Shown: positions 1-11,296, counted from the stretch's first letter. The stretch is 64,000 nt of DNA from an uncultured Gaiellaceae bacterium (GCA_963733065.1 CAVTBT010000004.1:271183-335182), one strand, 5' to 3'. The notes: generated from the letters alone by a model not told the origin. Numbers and translations are program-made.

Positions 1-514
1 GCTCGGCGAGATCGCGCACGGCCGACGTGGGCGAGACGTCGCGCCCATCCGTGAATGCGTGGATCCACGTACGAGCGGCCATGTCTTCGCGTTCCGCGAG
101 CTCGAGCAGCGCCCGCAGGTGGTCGATGTGCGAGTGGACGCCGCCGTACGAGACCAGGCCGAGCAGGTGAACGTCGCCGCCGCGCTCCTTCGCCCGCCTG
201 AATGCGCCGACGAGCGCCCCGTTCTCGAAGAACGAGCCGTCGCTGACCGCGACGTTCACGCGCTGCAGGTCCTGGAACAGGATCCGCCCGGAGCCGATCG
301 TGAGGTGACCGACCTCGGAGTTCCCCATCTGACCCGGCGGCAGGCCGACTGCTCCCCCGGAAGCCTCGAGCGTCGCGTGCGGGAAGTCGCGCCAGAGCCG
401 GTCGAAGACCGGTGTGTCGGCGAGCTCGACGGCGTTGCCCGGGCCGGCTGGGGCGCAGCCCCAGCCGTCGAGGATCACCAGCGCTACGAGGGGATGCGCG
501 CCGCCGTCTCGCAA
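1..514 (-). CDS. gpmI: 2,3-bisphosphoglycerate-independent phosphoglycerate mutase, N-terminal part (gene runs off the window start)
   Basis: Hand translation of the reverse strand gives ..LVALVILDGWGCAPAGPGNAVELADTPVFDRLWRDFPHATLEASGGAVGLPPGQMGNSEVGHLTIGSGRILFQDLQRVN.., matching the conserved iPGM N-terminus (ILDGWG, GQMGNSEVGH). It is absent from the ORF track because it is truncated. The start is provisionally TTG at 514, overlapping the tpiA stop; GTG at 478 is possible. Confidence 0.8.
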   Translation of the reverse strand, partial: MRDGGAHPLVALVILDGWGCAPAGPGNAVELADTPVFDRLWRDFPHATLEASGGAVGLPPGQMGNSEVGHLTIGSGRILFQDLQRVNVAVSDGSFFENGALVGAFRRAKERGGDVHLLGLVSYGGVHSHIDHLRALLELAEREDMAARTWIHAFTDGRDVSPTSAVRDLAE

Positions 515-1182
515 ATCGCCGCGAAGGACTCGGGGTCGAGCGAGGCGCCGCCGACCAACGCACCGTCCACGGCCGGCCGGCTGAGGAGCTCCTCGGCGTT
601 CTCCGGCTTGACCGACCCGCCGTAGAGCACCGGGCGGTCGAGGATGCTCTTCACGAACTCGTGCGCCTCTTCTGCCTGGTCGGGCGTCGCGACCTTGCCG
701 GTGCCGATTGCCCAGACCGGCTCGTAGGCGATCACGAGACCTTCCTCGTCGCCGGCGGCGAAGGCGATCGCCTCCACCTGGATCTTGAGCACCAGCTCGG
801 TGTCGCCGGACTCGCGCTGCTCGACCGTCTCGCCGACGCACGCGATCACCTTCAGGCCCGCCGCCAGGGCGGCCCGGGCGCGGCGCGCGACGGTCTCGTC
901 CGTCTCGCCGAAGAGCTGCCGCCGCTCCGAATGGCCGACCAGTGTGCCCTGGACGCCGAGCTCGGCCAGCATGTCGGGCGCGATCTCGCCCGTGTAGGCG
1001 CCGTGCGGCTCCCAGTGGACGTTCTGTGCGTACACGTCGTGCCCGCGGTCGACGGCGGCGGCGAGCGAGACGAACGGCGGGCACAGGACGACGTCGACCC
1101 CGGCGGGGGCGCTGAACCCGTCGAGGAAGGCCAGCGTCTCGCCCGGCCCCTTGAACATCTTCCAGTTCCCAGCGACCAGCAC
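484..1182 (-). CDS. tpiA: triosephosphate isomerase
   Basis: 232-aa ORF starting MLVAGNWKMF, with ..GHSERR.. and ..AYEPVWAIGTG.. motifs. It lies directly downstream of pgk. Confidence 0.95.
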   Translation of the reverse strand: MLVAGNWKMFKGPGETLAFLDGFSAPAGVDVVLCPPFVSLAAAVDRGHDVYAQNVHWEPHGAYTGEIAPDMLAELGVQGTLVGHSERRQLFGETDETVARRARAALAAGLKVIACVGETVEQRESGDTELVLKIQVEAIAFAAGDEEGLVIAYEPVWAIGTGKVATPDQAEEAHEFVKSILDRPVLYGGSVKPENAEELLSRPAVDGALVGGASLDPESFAAICETAARIPS

Positions 1183-1206
1183 GGCCGGATCTTAGGATGC
1201 TGAGCG

Positions 1207-1521
1207 ATGTCGACGGGGGATTGGGTCACGCTCGTCCTGCTCGCCGGTGCCTCGTTCGCCGCGATTGCGATCGGGATCCGCCGCCACCGCCTCGCGGCGT
1301 ACGCGTACGGGGCCACGTGCGTGCTCGCGGTGCTCTGGACGCTCGCGCTCTGGCTCTCCCTGAGCGGCCTGGGGGACGCGGACGGCTGGGTGGAGTGCGA
1401 CTCGTCGTGCTCCACGCTCCAGGACGTCACCGGCACGCTGCTGACCTGGGGCGCCGCGCTGACCCTGCTCGTCGCGCTGATCGGCATCGGGTCGCTCATC
1501 GGGCGGCGCCGGCCGCCGTGA
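1207..1521 (+). CDS. hypothetical small membrane protein (3 predicted TM segments)
   Basis: 104-aa ORF with hydrophobic stretches (VTLVLLAGASFAAIAIGI, CVLAVLWTLALWLSL, LTWGAALTLLVALIGIGSLI). It fills the gap between tpiA and pgk on the opposite strand. No family was recognised. Confidence 0.45.
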   Translation: MSTGDWVTLVLLAGASFAAIAIGIRRHRLAAYAYGATCVLAVLWTLALWLSLSGLGDADGWVECDSSCSTLQDVTGTLLTWGAALTLLVALIGIGSLIGRRRPP

Positions 1522-1528
1522 GCAGAGC

Positions 1529-2572
1529 TCAGCCGGCGGGGATGGCCGCGACGCCTGGCAGCTCCTTGCCCTCGAGCAGCTCGAGGGAGGCGCCGCCACC
1601 GGTCGACACCCAGGCGATCCGGTCGGCGAGCCCCGCCTCCTGGACCGCCCGGACGGAATCGCCGCCGCCCACGACCGTGTAGCCGTCGGCGTCGGCGACC
1701 GCCTGCGCGACCGCCAGCGTGCCGGCCGCGAAGCGCTCCCATTCGAAGACGCCCATCGGCCCGTTCCAGAACACCGTGCCGGCAGCGCGGATCCGGGCTC
1801 CGAACGACTCCCGCGCCTCCGGCCCGATATCGAGGCCGAGCCAGCCCTCGGGGAGCGCGTCGTACGCCACGACCCGGGTCTCGGCGTCGGCCTCGAACGA
1901 GTCGGCGGCCACGATGTCCTCCGGCAGCTCGACCGGGAAGCCGAGCGGGTTCTCGTCGCGCAGCTCCTCGGCCATCTTGCCGCCGACGAGCACCGTGTCA
2001 GCCCGTCCGCCGAGGTGCTGCAGCACGCCCAGCTTGTCCTCCACCTTGGCCCCGCCGGTGATCAGGACGAACGGCCGCTCGACGTCGCCCAGCAGCCGCC
2101 CGAGGTGCTCGAGCTCGTCCAGCAGCAGCAGCCCGGCATACGCGGGCAGGAGCCGTGCGACGGCCTCCGTGGAGCTGTGCGCCCGGTGCGCGGAGCCGAA
2201 CGCATCGTTGACGTACAGGTCGCAGCCCTCGGCGAGCTCGCGGGCGAAGGCTTCGTCGTTCGCCGTCTCGCGCGGATCGAAGCGCGTGTTCTCGAGGACG
2301 TGAACTCGCCCGTCGTCGAGCAGCGAGCGGAGACGCTCGGTGACCGGCGCCATGCGGTACGCGGGATCCTCGCCCTTCGGCCGTCCGAGATGCGAGCAGA
2401 CGCGCACCTCCGCAGCCCCCCGCTCCAGGAGCAGCCGTAGCGTGGCCAGGGCGGCGCGGATGCGGGTGTCATCGGCGACGCGCCCGTCCTCGAGCGGGAC
2501 GTTGAGATCGGCCCGGACGAGGACGCGCTTGCCGCCGACGTCCGCGGTCACGACCGAGCGGGGCAGCCCCAC
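1529..2572 (-). CDS. pgk: phosphoglycerate kinase (compact, 347 aa)
   Basis: Contains GKRVLVRADLNVPL, DDTRIRAAL, SHLGRPKG, VNDAFGSAHRAHSS, WNGPMGVFE and STGGGASLE motifs. It shares a 1-nt stop/start junction with gap. Confidence 0.95.
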   Translation of the reverse strand: MGLPRSVVTADVGGKRVLVRADLNVPLEDGRVADDTRIRAALATLRLLLERGAAEVRVCSHLGRPKGEDPAYRMAPVTERLRSLLDDGRVHVLENTRFDPRETANDEAFARELAEGCDLYVNDAFGSAHRAHSSTEAVARLLPAYAGLLLLDELEHLGRLLGDVERPFVLITGGAKVEDKLGVLQHLGGRADTVLVGGKMAEELRDENPLGFPVELPEDIVAADSFEADAETRVVAYDALPEGWLGLDIGPEARESFGARIRAAGTVFWNGPMGVFEWERFAAGTLAVAQAVADADGYTVVGGGDSVRAVQEAGLADRIAWVSTGGGASLELLEGKELPGVAAIPAG

Positions 2573-3567
2573 TAGAGCAGTCGGCCGACGAGATCAACGA
2601 GCCGACACGAGTACCCCCACTCGTTGTCGTACCAGCCGAACACCTTCGCCGTCCGGCCGTGCGCCATCGTCAGCTTGCTGTCGAAGATGCACGACGCGGG
2701 GGACTTCTGGATGTCCGACGAGACGAGTGGGTCGTCGGTGTAGCGGAGGATGCCGTCGAGCGCGCCGCCGGCAGCGGCCTTGAACGCTCCGTTGATCTCG
2801 TCGACGCTCACGTCGCGGCCGAGCGTGACGACGAGGTCGGTGATCGAGCCGGTCGGGACCGGTGCGCGGATCGACATGCCGTCGACCTTCCCCTGCAGGT
2901 GCGGCAGCACGAGGCCGATCGCCTTCGCGGCGCCGGTCGACGTCGGCACGAGGTTGATCGCGGCCGCGCGCGCGCGGCGCAGGTCCTTGTGCGGCGCGTC
3001 CTGAAGCACCTGGTCCTGCGTGTACGCGTGGATCGTGGTCATGAAGCCGCTCTCGATGCCGGCGAGGTCGTCGAGCACCTTCGCCATGGGCGCCACGCAG
3101 TTCGTCGTGCACGACGCGTTCGAGACGATGTGGTGGCTGTCGCGGTCGTACCCGTCGTCGTTCACGCCGAGCACGACGGTGATGTCCGGATCGGTGGCCG
3201 GGGCCGAGATGACGACCTTCTTCGCGCCGGCGTCGAGATGCTTCTGCGCGCCTGCGCGGTCGGTGAAGAAGCCAGTCGACTCGAGCACGACGTCGACGCC
3301 GAGCTCGCCCCAGGGCAGGTTCGCCGGATCGCGCTCGGACAGCCACTTGAGCTCTTCGCCACCGGCGCGGATGGCGTCCTCGCCGAGCTCGACCTCGCCG
3401 GGGAAGGGCCCGAGCGTCGAGTCGTACCTGAGCAGGTGCGCCATAGTCTCGCCGGCGCCGAGATCGTTGAACGCCACGATCTCGACGTCCGCGTCGAGCT
3501 CGTGCTGCGCCCGGAAGAAGTTGCGCCCGATGCGCCCGAAGCCGTTGATCCCGACCCGTACCGCCAT
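2572..3567 (-). CDS. gap: type I glyceraldehyde-3-phosphate dehydrogenase
   Basis: True start is ATG at 3567 ([17 protein letters not shown]), preceded by GGGGGAGG. Contains SNASCTTNC and WYDNEWGYS motifs. The 708-aa ORF in the track is an upstream read-through artefact. Confidence 0.95.
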   Translation of the reverse strand: MAVRVGINGFGRIGRNFFRAQHELDADVEIVAFNDLGAGETMAHLLRYDSTLGPFPGEVELGEDAIRAGGEELKWLSERDPANLPWGELGVDVVLESTGFFTDRAGAQKHLDAGAKKVVISAPATDPDITVVLGVNDDGYDRDSHHIVSNASCTTNCVAPMAKVLDDLAGIESGFMTTIHAYTQDQVLQDAPHKDLRRARAAAINLVPTSTGAAKAIGLVLPHLQGKVDGMSIRAPVPTGSITDLVVTLGRDVSVDEINGAFKAAAGGALDGILRYTDDPLVSSDIQKSPASCIFDSKLTMAHGRTAKVFGWYDNEWGYSCRLVDLVGRLL

Positions 3568-3663
3568 GTCCTCCCCCGCTCTCGCTGGCTGAACCGCTGG
3601 CGAGTCTAACGAGGCAGGCACCATCACCAGTCGTCGGTCAACCTTGTCATCGGCTCGCGGCTC

Positions 3664-3959
3664 GTTCGCCTCAGGCACGTCGGTGCGGGTGCCGGGCCGG
3701 AGGGGATAGTGCATCAGCACAGACCCGGAGAGCCCGGTGCCCGCAGCGGCGTGAGGCGCTGCCGGAGGCCGGCTCCGCCGGCCGGGAGGCAGCGCCGGCC
3801 TGTGGCGAACGTTCGCCTCAGGCGGCTCGCTCGCGGTGCCGGGCCGGAGGGGATAGTGCACAAGCACAGACCCGGAGAGCCCGGTGCCGCGAGCGAGCCG
3901 AGCGCTCGGGCGGAGCCGGGCTTCGCCCGGCGGGAGCCCGAGCGCGGCCTGTGGCGAAC
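3664..3959. repeat. two tandem ~148-bp structured units (3664-3810, 3811-3959), each bounded by 13-nt inverted termini
   Basis: Both units start GTTCGCCTCAGGC and end GCCTGTGGCGAAC. They share the blocks GGTGCCGGGCCGGAGGGGATAGTGCA and AGCACAGACCCGGAGAGCCCGGTGCC. Their right halves differ in sequence but keep hairpins (GCGCTGCC/GGCAGCGC versus GCGCTCGGG/CCCGAGCGC). Confidence 0.85.
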
Positions 3960-3976
3960 GGGCGGACGGGCGGGCC

Positions 3977-4009
3977 GGAGGGGGAGCTCCGAGGACGACC
4001 TCCCCCTCC
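3977..4009 (-). terminator. GC-rich hairpin (10-bp perfect stem GGAGGGGGAG/CTCCCCCTCC, 13-nt loop) downstream of whiA
   Basis: The perfect inverted repeat was read directly from the sequence. There is no U-tract, so a terminator role is only a guess. Confidence 0.25.
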
Positions 4010-4148
4010 GCGGTACCGCGCTCCGGACCGGGGCGACGGACGGGGTCTGAATCCATCGCCGGACGAGCGCGGACCCGCCCTGCGAGAAGGTTACGCAGCC
4101 TAGGGCGCCGAGTCATCGGATTTACAAGACGGAAAATGCCGATGCCGT

Positions 4149-5069
4149 TTACGCGCTTGCCAACTCGACGAGGCGCTTGAGCCGGCGATGCATGCCGGCC
4201 TTGGACGCCGGCGGGTCCGCGCGCCCGGCGAGCTCGGCGAGCGAGAGCGTCGGGTGGCGCAGCCGGAGGCGGCCCGCCTCGCTCAGCCGATCGGGGAGCG
4301 AGTCGAGCGTGCCGTCGGCCACCAGGCGGCGGACCGCGTCGAGCTGGACCTGCGCGGCACGGGAGGTCCGGACGAGATTCGCGTGGTCGGCGTTCGCGAG
4401 CCGGTTGGCCTCGGCCCGGAGACCCGCCACCACCGACCGCTCCTCGAACGCGAGCACCGCGTCGCTCGCGCCCGCCGCCAGCAGCAGGCCCTCGATCGCG
4501 TCCGACCCCTTCGCGTAGGCAGCCACATGGCGGCGCCGGTCGACGATGCCGAGCGCGATGCCCTCGGCCGCCGCGACGCTGCGCAGGAACTCGGCACCTT
4601 CGGGGGACGCGGTGCGCAGCTCGAGGTGCGGGCTGCCGGGCCCGCTCAGCGAGCCGCTGCCGAGGAGCGCACCGCGCAGGTAGGCGCGCCGGCAGCACGA
4701 TCTCGCGACCACGCGCCGCGGCGGGCGCTCGAGGGGACGCGAGCGGTGGTCGAGCACGCCGGCGTCGCGGAGCAGCGCGCGTGCGGTCTCGTCGCCGGCG
4801 ACGTGGAGCTGGTAGCGCGTCGCCTTGGCGAAGGCGCGCTGGCGGTACGTTCGGATCTCGGACTGGACGCCGTGCTCCCGCAGCAGTGCGAACGCGCGCC
4901 GGGCCACGCTGGAGGCCGAGACGTCGAGGTGGACGGTGATCTCCCCGCGCCCGCGGAGATGGATGCTGCCCGCGGTGTGGAAGAGCGCCGAGAGCTCGGC
5001 AAGCCGGTCGCAGGCGCGGCCGGGGGCGATCGCGGCGAGCTCGCTGCGGAGCTCGTCAGAGAGCGCCAA
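4149..5069 (-). CDS. whiA: DNA-binding sporulation/cell-division regulator WhiA
   Basis: Reads [71 protein letters not shown], i.e. LAGLIDADG-like domains plus a C-terminal HTH. Start taken as TTG at 5069, overlapping the ogt stop by 14 nt. Confidence 0.85.
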   Translation of the reverse strand: MALSDELRSELAAIAPGRACDRLAELSALFHTAGSIHLRGRGEITVHLDVSASSVARRAFALLREHGVQSEIRTYRQRAFAKATRYQLHVAGDETARALLRDAGVLDHRSRPLERPPRRVVARSCCRRAYLRGALLGSGSLSGPGSPHLELRTASPEGAEFLRSVAAAEGIALGIVDRRRHVAAYAKGSDAIEGLLLAAGASDAVLAFEERSVVAGLRAEANRLANADHANLVRTSRAAQVQLDAVRRLVADGTLDSLPDRLSEAGRLRLRHPTLSLAELAGRADPPASKAGMHRRLKRLVELASA

Positions 5070-5613
5070 CCGGAACGCCCTCGAGCTCGAGCAGGCGCTG
5101 CTTGAGGCCGGTGCCGCTCGCGCCGTAGCCGCCGATGCCGCTCGCCGCGACGACGCGGTGGCAGGGGACGAGGAGCCAGAAGCGATTGCCGGCGCACACC
5201 GACCCGACGGCCCGCGCCGCACCCGGGTAGCCAGCGTGCGCGGCCAGCTCGCCGTAGGTGACGACGTCGCCCCAGGGCACGGCGCGCGCGGCCTCGACGA
5301 CGGCGCGCTGGAACGGCGTGCACCAGTCGAGGTCGAGCGGCACGTCCGTGAAGTCGACCGGCTCGCCGGCGAGCTGCCTGTGGACGCGTTGGAGCACATC
5401 CGGCACGAAGGCGTCACCGTTCCGTTCCCCGGCCGGGGCTACGGTTCCAGAAGGGGACTCGGGGGTCCCCTTGGGGTCGCCTGCCGGGGCGTGGTCACCC
5501 GCGCGCGCGGCCCCTCCGACCGTGAAGGCGTGCTCCACGACGACCCCGGCGGCCGTCCACAGCTCGCCGACGCCCCACCCCTCGACCGCGTAGGCGTGCC
5601 GCGCCACTCGCAC
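5056..5613 (-). CDS. ogt: methylated-DNA--protein-cysteine methyltransferase
   Basis: C-terminus reads TPFQRAVVEAARAVPWGDVVTYGELA..LVPCHRVV..GGYG, containing the PCHRV active site. Start is GTG at 5613 or 5607. The 1057-aa ORF in the track is an artefact. Confidence 0.8.
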   Translation of the reverse strand: MRVARHAYAVEGWGVGELWTAAGVVVEHAFTVGGAARAGDHAPAGDPKGTPESPSGTVAPAGERNGDAFVPDVLQRVHRQLAGEPVDFTDVPLDLDWCTPFQRAVVEAARAVPWGDVVTYGELAAHAGYPGAARAVGSVCAGNRFWLLVPCHRVVAASGIGGYGASGTGLKQRLLELEGVPVGAL

Positions 5614-5624
5614 CCGGCCCACTC

Positions 5625-5630
5625 TAGTAT
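5625..5630 (+). promoter_or_regulatory. -10-like box TAGTAT 7 nt upstream of the pruA GTG (leaderless arrangement)
   Basis: Matches the TANNNT pattern. Only about 25 nt separate the divergent ogt and pruA starts. Confidence 0.35.
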
Positions 5631-5637
5631 CCGACCT

Positions 5638-7299
<1,662 letters not shown>

Positions 7300-7323
7300 C
7301 GCAACGCGGCTACCGTCCCGGGG

Positions 7324-8268
7324 ATGCACGCGGTCCTCGACGCGATCGAGGTCTTCTTCGAGCGCCTGGGCGCGGTCGACTTCGTGCCGCTTGCCCTCGC
7401 AATCGGCTGTCACCTGCTGAAGACGACCTGCACGAGCCGTGCGTGGCGGAACACGCTCCAGGCGGCCTATCCGCAGCAGCGCGTCTCGTGGCGGAGGATC
7501 TGGGCGGCCTACGTCTCGGGCGTCGGCGTGAACGCGATCATGCCGATCCGCGGCGGCGACGCCGTGAAGCTCTACATGGCGCATCGCGCCATCCCGACCA
7601 GCACGTACACGACACTTGCCGCCAGCCTGCTCGTGCTGGCGATCGTCGACAGCGTGATGGCGCTGTCGCTCTTCGGCTACGCGCTGTCCCAGGACGTCCT
7701 GCCGACGATCGACGTGCTGTCGCGCCTGCCGAGCTTCGACTTCGCCTGGTTCCTCGACCATCCACGGGCCTCGGCCGTGGTCGGCGCCGTGCTCGTCGTG
7801 CTCGGGATCATCGCCGCGCTGTGGATCCACCGCCGCGTCTCGGAGTTCAAGGCGCGTGTGCGGCAGGGCGTCACCGTCCTGCGGAACCGGCCGCGGTACC
7901 TCCGCACGGTCGTGTTCTGGCAGCTCTGCGACTGGACGCTGCGCTTCGTCACGATCGGGTTCTTCCTGCGCGCCTTCGACATCGACGCCACGGTGCGGAA
8001 CGTCCTGCTCGTCCAGGTGACGACCAGCATGGCCAGCCTCGTGCCGGCGACCCCCGGCGGGATCGGCACCGAGCAGGCGTTCATCGTCTACGTCTTCCGC
8101 GGCACGGCGCCGCGCTCGACGCTGCTGGCCTTCAGCGTCGGCATGCGGATCACGCTGACCGTCGTGAACGTGATCGTCGGCTTCGCCGCGATCGCGGCGA
8201 CGCTCGGCACGGTCCGCTTCCGCCGCCACGCCGACGCCGCGAAGGCCGAGAGCGCGGCCGCCAAGTAA
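7324..8268 (+). CDS. flippase-like / lysylphosphatidylglycerol-synthase TM-region family membrane protein (UPF0104)
   Basis: 314-aa polytopic membrane ORF. Contains WRRIWAAYVSGVGVNAIMPIRGGDAVK and PATPGGIGTEQAF motifs typical of this family. Confidence 0.7.
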   Translation: MHAVLDAIEVFFERLGAVDFVPLALAIGCHLLKTTCTSRAWRNTLQAAYPQQRVSWRRIWAAYVSGVGVNAIMPIRGGDAVKLYMAHRAIPTSTYTTLAASLLVLAIVDSVMALSLFGYALSQDVLPTIDVLSRLPSFDFAWFLDHPRASAVVGAVLVVLGIIAALWIHRRVSEFKARVRQGVTVLRNRPRYLRTVVFWQLCDWTLRFVTIGFFLRAFDIDATVRNVLLVQVTTSMASLVPATPGGIGTEQAFIVYVFRGTAPRSTLLAFSVGMRITLTVVNVIVGFAAIAATLGTVRFRRHADAAKAESAAAK

Positions 8269-8271
8269 GCG

Positions 8272-10134
8272 CTAGGACGCGCGCGCTCCCGCGGTCTTGT
8301 GCAGCTGGTCGTAGATCGCGCGCGCCGTCTTCGCCGGCAGGCCGGGCACGCCCTCGAGCTCCTCCTGCGAGGCGGCGAGGAACCGCTCGGCGGAGCCGAA
8401 GTGGCGGAGCAGCGTGCGCCGCCGGGCCGGGCCGACGCCCGGCAGCTCGTCGAAGATCGACCCGAACGCCTTCGCCTCCCGGCGCTGGCGGTGAAATCCG
8501 ACCGCGAAGCGGTGCGCCTCGTCGCGGATCCGCTGCAGGAGCTGCAGGCCGGGCGTGTGGTGCTCGAGCAGGATCGGGTGGGGGCTGCCCGGCACGAACA
8601 CCTCCTCGACCCGCTTGGCGAGCGCGATCACGGCCACGCGGGGCAGGTCGTACGCCTGCATGGCGGCCAGCGCGGCGGACAGCTGGCCCTTGCCGCCGTC
8701 GATCACCACGAGGTTCGGCACGGCCGCGAACCCCTCGTCGTAGTCGTCCGAGCTCACCGACACCGAGAGCCGTGCGAAGCGGCGCGCGATCACCTCGGCC
8801 ATCGCGGCGAAGTCGTCCTGGCCGTCGAGCGTGCGCACGCCGAACTTGCGGTAGTGGGCCTTCTTCGCCACGCCGTCGGAGAAGACGACCATCGAGCCGA
8901 CCGCCGACTCGCCCTGGATGGTCGAGATGTCGAAGCACTCGATCCGGATCGGCAGCGACTCGAGGTTGAGCGCCTCGCGCAGCTCCTCCAGCCCTTCGAG
9001 CCGCCGCAGGCGCTTCGCGTCGCTGACCGCGGTGTCCGAGGCGAGCGCAACGCGCGCGTTCTCAGCCGCGAGCTCGGAAAGCCGCCGCTTCTCGCCGCGC
9101 TCCGGCACCCGCACCTCGACGCGCGAGCCGCGCCGCTCGGAGAGGAACTCGGCGAGCGCCGTGGTGTCCCCCACCCCCGGCGGCACCACGAGCTGCGGCG
9201 GCACCGCGGGAGCCGACCCGTAGTACTCGATGCAGAACGCCTCCAGGATCGTCGTCAGGTCCTGTCCGGAGACGTTCTCGAGGTGGAAGCCGTGCCTGTC
9301 GACCATCTTGCCCCCGCGGAGCGGAAAGACCTGGACGGCGGCGCGGTCGCAGTCGGCGGCGATGCCGATCACGTCGATCGTGCCGACGGCGGCCTTGTCC
9401 GCCGCCTGGCGCTCGGCCAGGTGGCGCACGGCGAAGAGCCGGTTCCGGTAGCGGGCCGCATCCTCGAAGCGCTCCTCGGCCGAGGCCGCGGTCATCCTGC
9501 GCTCCAGCTCACGCAGGATCGGCCGCGACTCGCCCGAGAGGAACTCGATGACGCCGTCGATGATCCCGCGGTAGTCCTCTTTCGAGATGTACCCCACGCA
9601 GGGCGCCGCGCAGCGCTCGATGTGGTAGTCGAGGCACGGAATGCCCGAGTGGCGGCCTGGCTTCGGCCCCTCGCACGGGCGGAACTGGAAGACGCGGTTG
9701 AGCACGTCGAGCGTCTCGCGCACCTTCTTCGCGTTCGCGTACGGCCCGAAGTACCAGACCCCGCGGCGGTGCCGCTCGCGGGTGAACATGACCCGCGGGT
9801 AGTCGTCCTGCACGGTGACCGCGATGTACGGGAACGACTTGTCGTCGCGCAGCCGGACGTTGAACGGTGGCCGGTGCCGCTTGACGAGATTCTGCTCGAG
9901 GTGCAGCGCCTCGACCTCGGTGCCGGTGACGATCACCTCGATGCGGCAGATGCGCTCGCGCAGCTGCGCGGAGCCGGAGCGGACGTCGCCCGTCTTCTGG
10001 AAGTACGAGCGCACGCGCGAGCGCAGGGACTTCGCCTTGCCGACGTACAGCACCTCGTCACGGTCGCCGTGGAAGAGGTAGACGCCGGGCTTCGCGGGCA
10101 GCCCCCGGAGCTGCTCCCGGATGCCGTCGGTCAT
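8272..10134 (-). CDS. uvrC: excinuclease ABC subunit C
   Basis: Start reads MTDGIREQLRGLPAKPGVYLFH..VLYVGKAKSLRSRVRSYF (GIY-YIG domain). The UvrBC-binding, endonuclease and C-terminal (HhH)2 regions (GVGPARRRTLLRHFGS) are present. Confidence 0.93.
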   Translation of the reverse strand: MTDGIREQLRGLPAKPGVYLFHGDRDEVLYVGKAKSLRSRVRSYFQKTGDVRSGSAQLRERICRIEVIVTGTEVEALHLEQNLVKRHRPPFNVRLRDDKSFPYIAVTVQDDYPRVMFTRERHRRGVWYFGPYANAKKVRETLDVLNRVFQFRPCEGPKPGRHSGIPCLDYHIERCAAPCVGYISKEDYRGIIDGVIEFLSGESRPILRELERRMTAASAEERFEDAARYRNRLFAVRHLAERQAADKAAVGTIDVIGIAADCDRAAVQVFPLRGGKMVDRHGFHLENVSGQDLTTILEAFCIEYYGSAPAVPPQLVVPPGVGDTTALAEFLSERRGSRVEVRVPERGEKRRLSELAAENARVALASDTAVSDAKRLRRLEGLEELREALNLESLPIRIECFDISTIQGESAVGSMVVFSDGVAKKAHYRKFGVRTLDGQDDFAAMAEVIARRFARLSVSVSSDDYDEGFAAVPNLVVIDGGKGQLSAALAAMQAYDLPRVAVIALAKRVEEVFVPGSPHPILLEHHTPGLQLLQRIRDEAHRFAVGFHRQRREAKAFGSIFDELPGVGPARRRTLLRHFGSAERFLAASQEELEGVPGLPAKTARAIYDQLHKTAGARAS

Positions 10135-10153
10135 CGCGGCTAGCGTATCGGCC

Positions 10154-11293
10154 GTGCTGCGTGGCGCCGCCTGGCTGGTCGCCGTGTTGCTGCTCGGCGG
10201 CTGTGGCGGGGGCGATGCCGGCGGCACGACAGGCGCGCCGGGAGAGGCGCTCGTCGTCGGCGTGGTCGACGACGCCGTCCGCGAGAAGGGGCGCGGCGCC
10301 GAGGTCATGAAGCAGCTCGCCGACGCGGGGTTCCGCGCCGTTCGGGTCACGAGCATCTGGGACCCGGGCGAGACGACGCCCGCGCCCGACGAGGTGGCGA
10401 CGCTGCGTCGCGTCGTCAGGAACGCGCACGACCGCGACGTCCGTGTCTACGTGAGCGTCTACCACGCCGGCTCGGCGACGACGCCGCTCACCGCACAGGA
10501 CCGCACGGCGTTTGCCACCTACGCCGCCGGCCTGGTGCGGGCCGTCCCCGAGCTGCGGGACGTGATCGTCGGCAACGAGCCGAACCTCAACCGCTTCTGG
10601 CTGCCGCAGTTCGGCCCGGGCGGCGAGGACGTCGCCGCGCCGGCCTACCTCGAGCTCCTCGCGGAGACCTACGACGCGCTCAAGGCGGTCTCGCCGGACG
10701 TGGTGGTGTACGGCGGCGCCCTCGCGCCGCGAGGCATCGACCGGCCGGGCACGGGCCGCGACACCCAGTCCGCGACGGCCTTCATCCGCGACCTGGGCAA
10801 GGCGTACCGTGCGAGCGGCCGCGACCGTCCCGTGATGGACGCCCTCGCCCTGCATCCGTACCCCGAGAGCTCGCGGACACCGCCGGACCGACCGCACCCG
10901 AACACGGCCACCATCGGCCTCGCCGACTACGAAAAGCTCGTCCACCTGCTCGCCGACGCGTTCGGCGGCACCGCACAGCCGGCGCGCGAGCTGCCGGTGC
11001 TGTACGCGGAGTTCGGGGTGGAGACCACGATCCCGCAGGAGAAGACGACCGCCTACACCGGCCGGGAGCCGGCTGCGACCGTCGACGAGGAGACGCAGGG
11101 TCTCTACTACCGGCGTGCGATCCAGATCGCGGCCTGCTCGCCGAACGTCGTCGGCATCCTGATCTTCCACTCTCACGACGAGCCCGCGCTCGAGGGCTGG
11201 CAGTCCGGTGTCTACTACGTCGACGGCACGGCGAAGGACGGCCTCGACACGGTGCAGGGCGCGGCCGTCGCAGTCCGCACGGCCCGCTGCTGA
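10154..11293 (+). CDS. lipoprotein, clan GH-A (TIM-barrel) glycoside-hydrolase-like
   Basis: Lipobox LLLGGC follows the GTG at 10154. Contains VIVGNEPN (acid/base Glu) and VLYAEFGVE (nucleophile Glu) motifs. The ATG at 10121 would overlap uvrC. Confidence 0.65.
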   Translation: MLRGAAWLVAVLLLGGCGGGDAGGTTGAPGEALVVGVVDDAVREKGRGAEVMKQLADAGFRAVRVTSIWDPGETTPAPDEVATLRRVVRNAHDRDVRVYVSVYHAGSATTPLTAQDRTAFATYAAGLVRAVPELRDVIVGNEPNLNRFWLPQFGPGGEDVAAPAYLELLAETYDALKAVSPDVVVYGGALAPRGIDRPGTGRDTQSATAFIRDLGKAYRASGRDRPVMDALALHPYPESSRTPPDRPHPNTATIGLADYEKLVHLLADAFGGTAQPARELPVLYAEFGVETTIPQEKTTAYTGREPAATVDEETQGLYYRRAIQIAACSPNVVGILIFHSHDEPALEGWQSGVYYVDGTAKDGLDTVQGAAVAVRTARC

Positions 11294-11296
11294 GGC

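Noticed and set aside
3664-3959. Tandem units as a CRISPR array or as tandem ZTP-like (pfl) riboswitches (TGTGGCGAAC and CGCCTCAGGC vaguely recall GGCGAAC and CCGCCUGGGC)
   Set aside because: There are only two contiguous units with no spacers, so this is not CRISPR. The ZTP-like strings are on the plus strand, where no gene follows. The conserved GGGUCGUGAC and CGGGGAGC elements are absent.
2572-4698. 708-aa ORF extending gap upstream through the 3.6-4.1 kb repeats into whiA
   Set aside because: The Gap sequence starts cleanly at ATG 3567 with a Shine-Dalgarno sequence. The upstream part translates the tandem repeat and the antisense of whiA.
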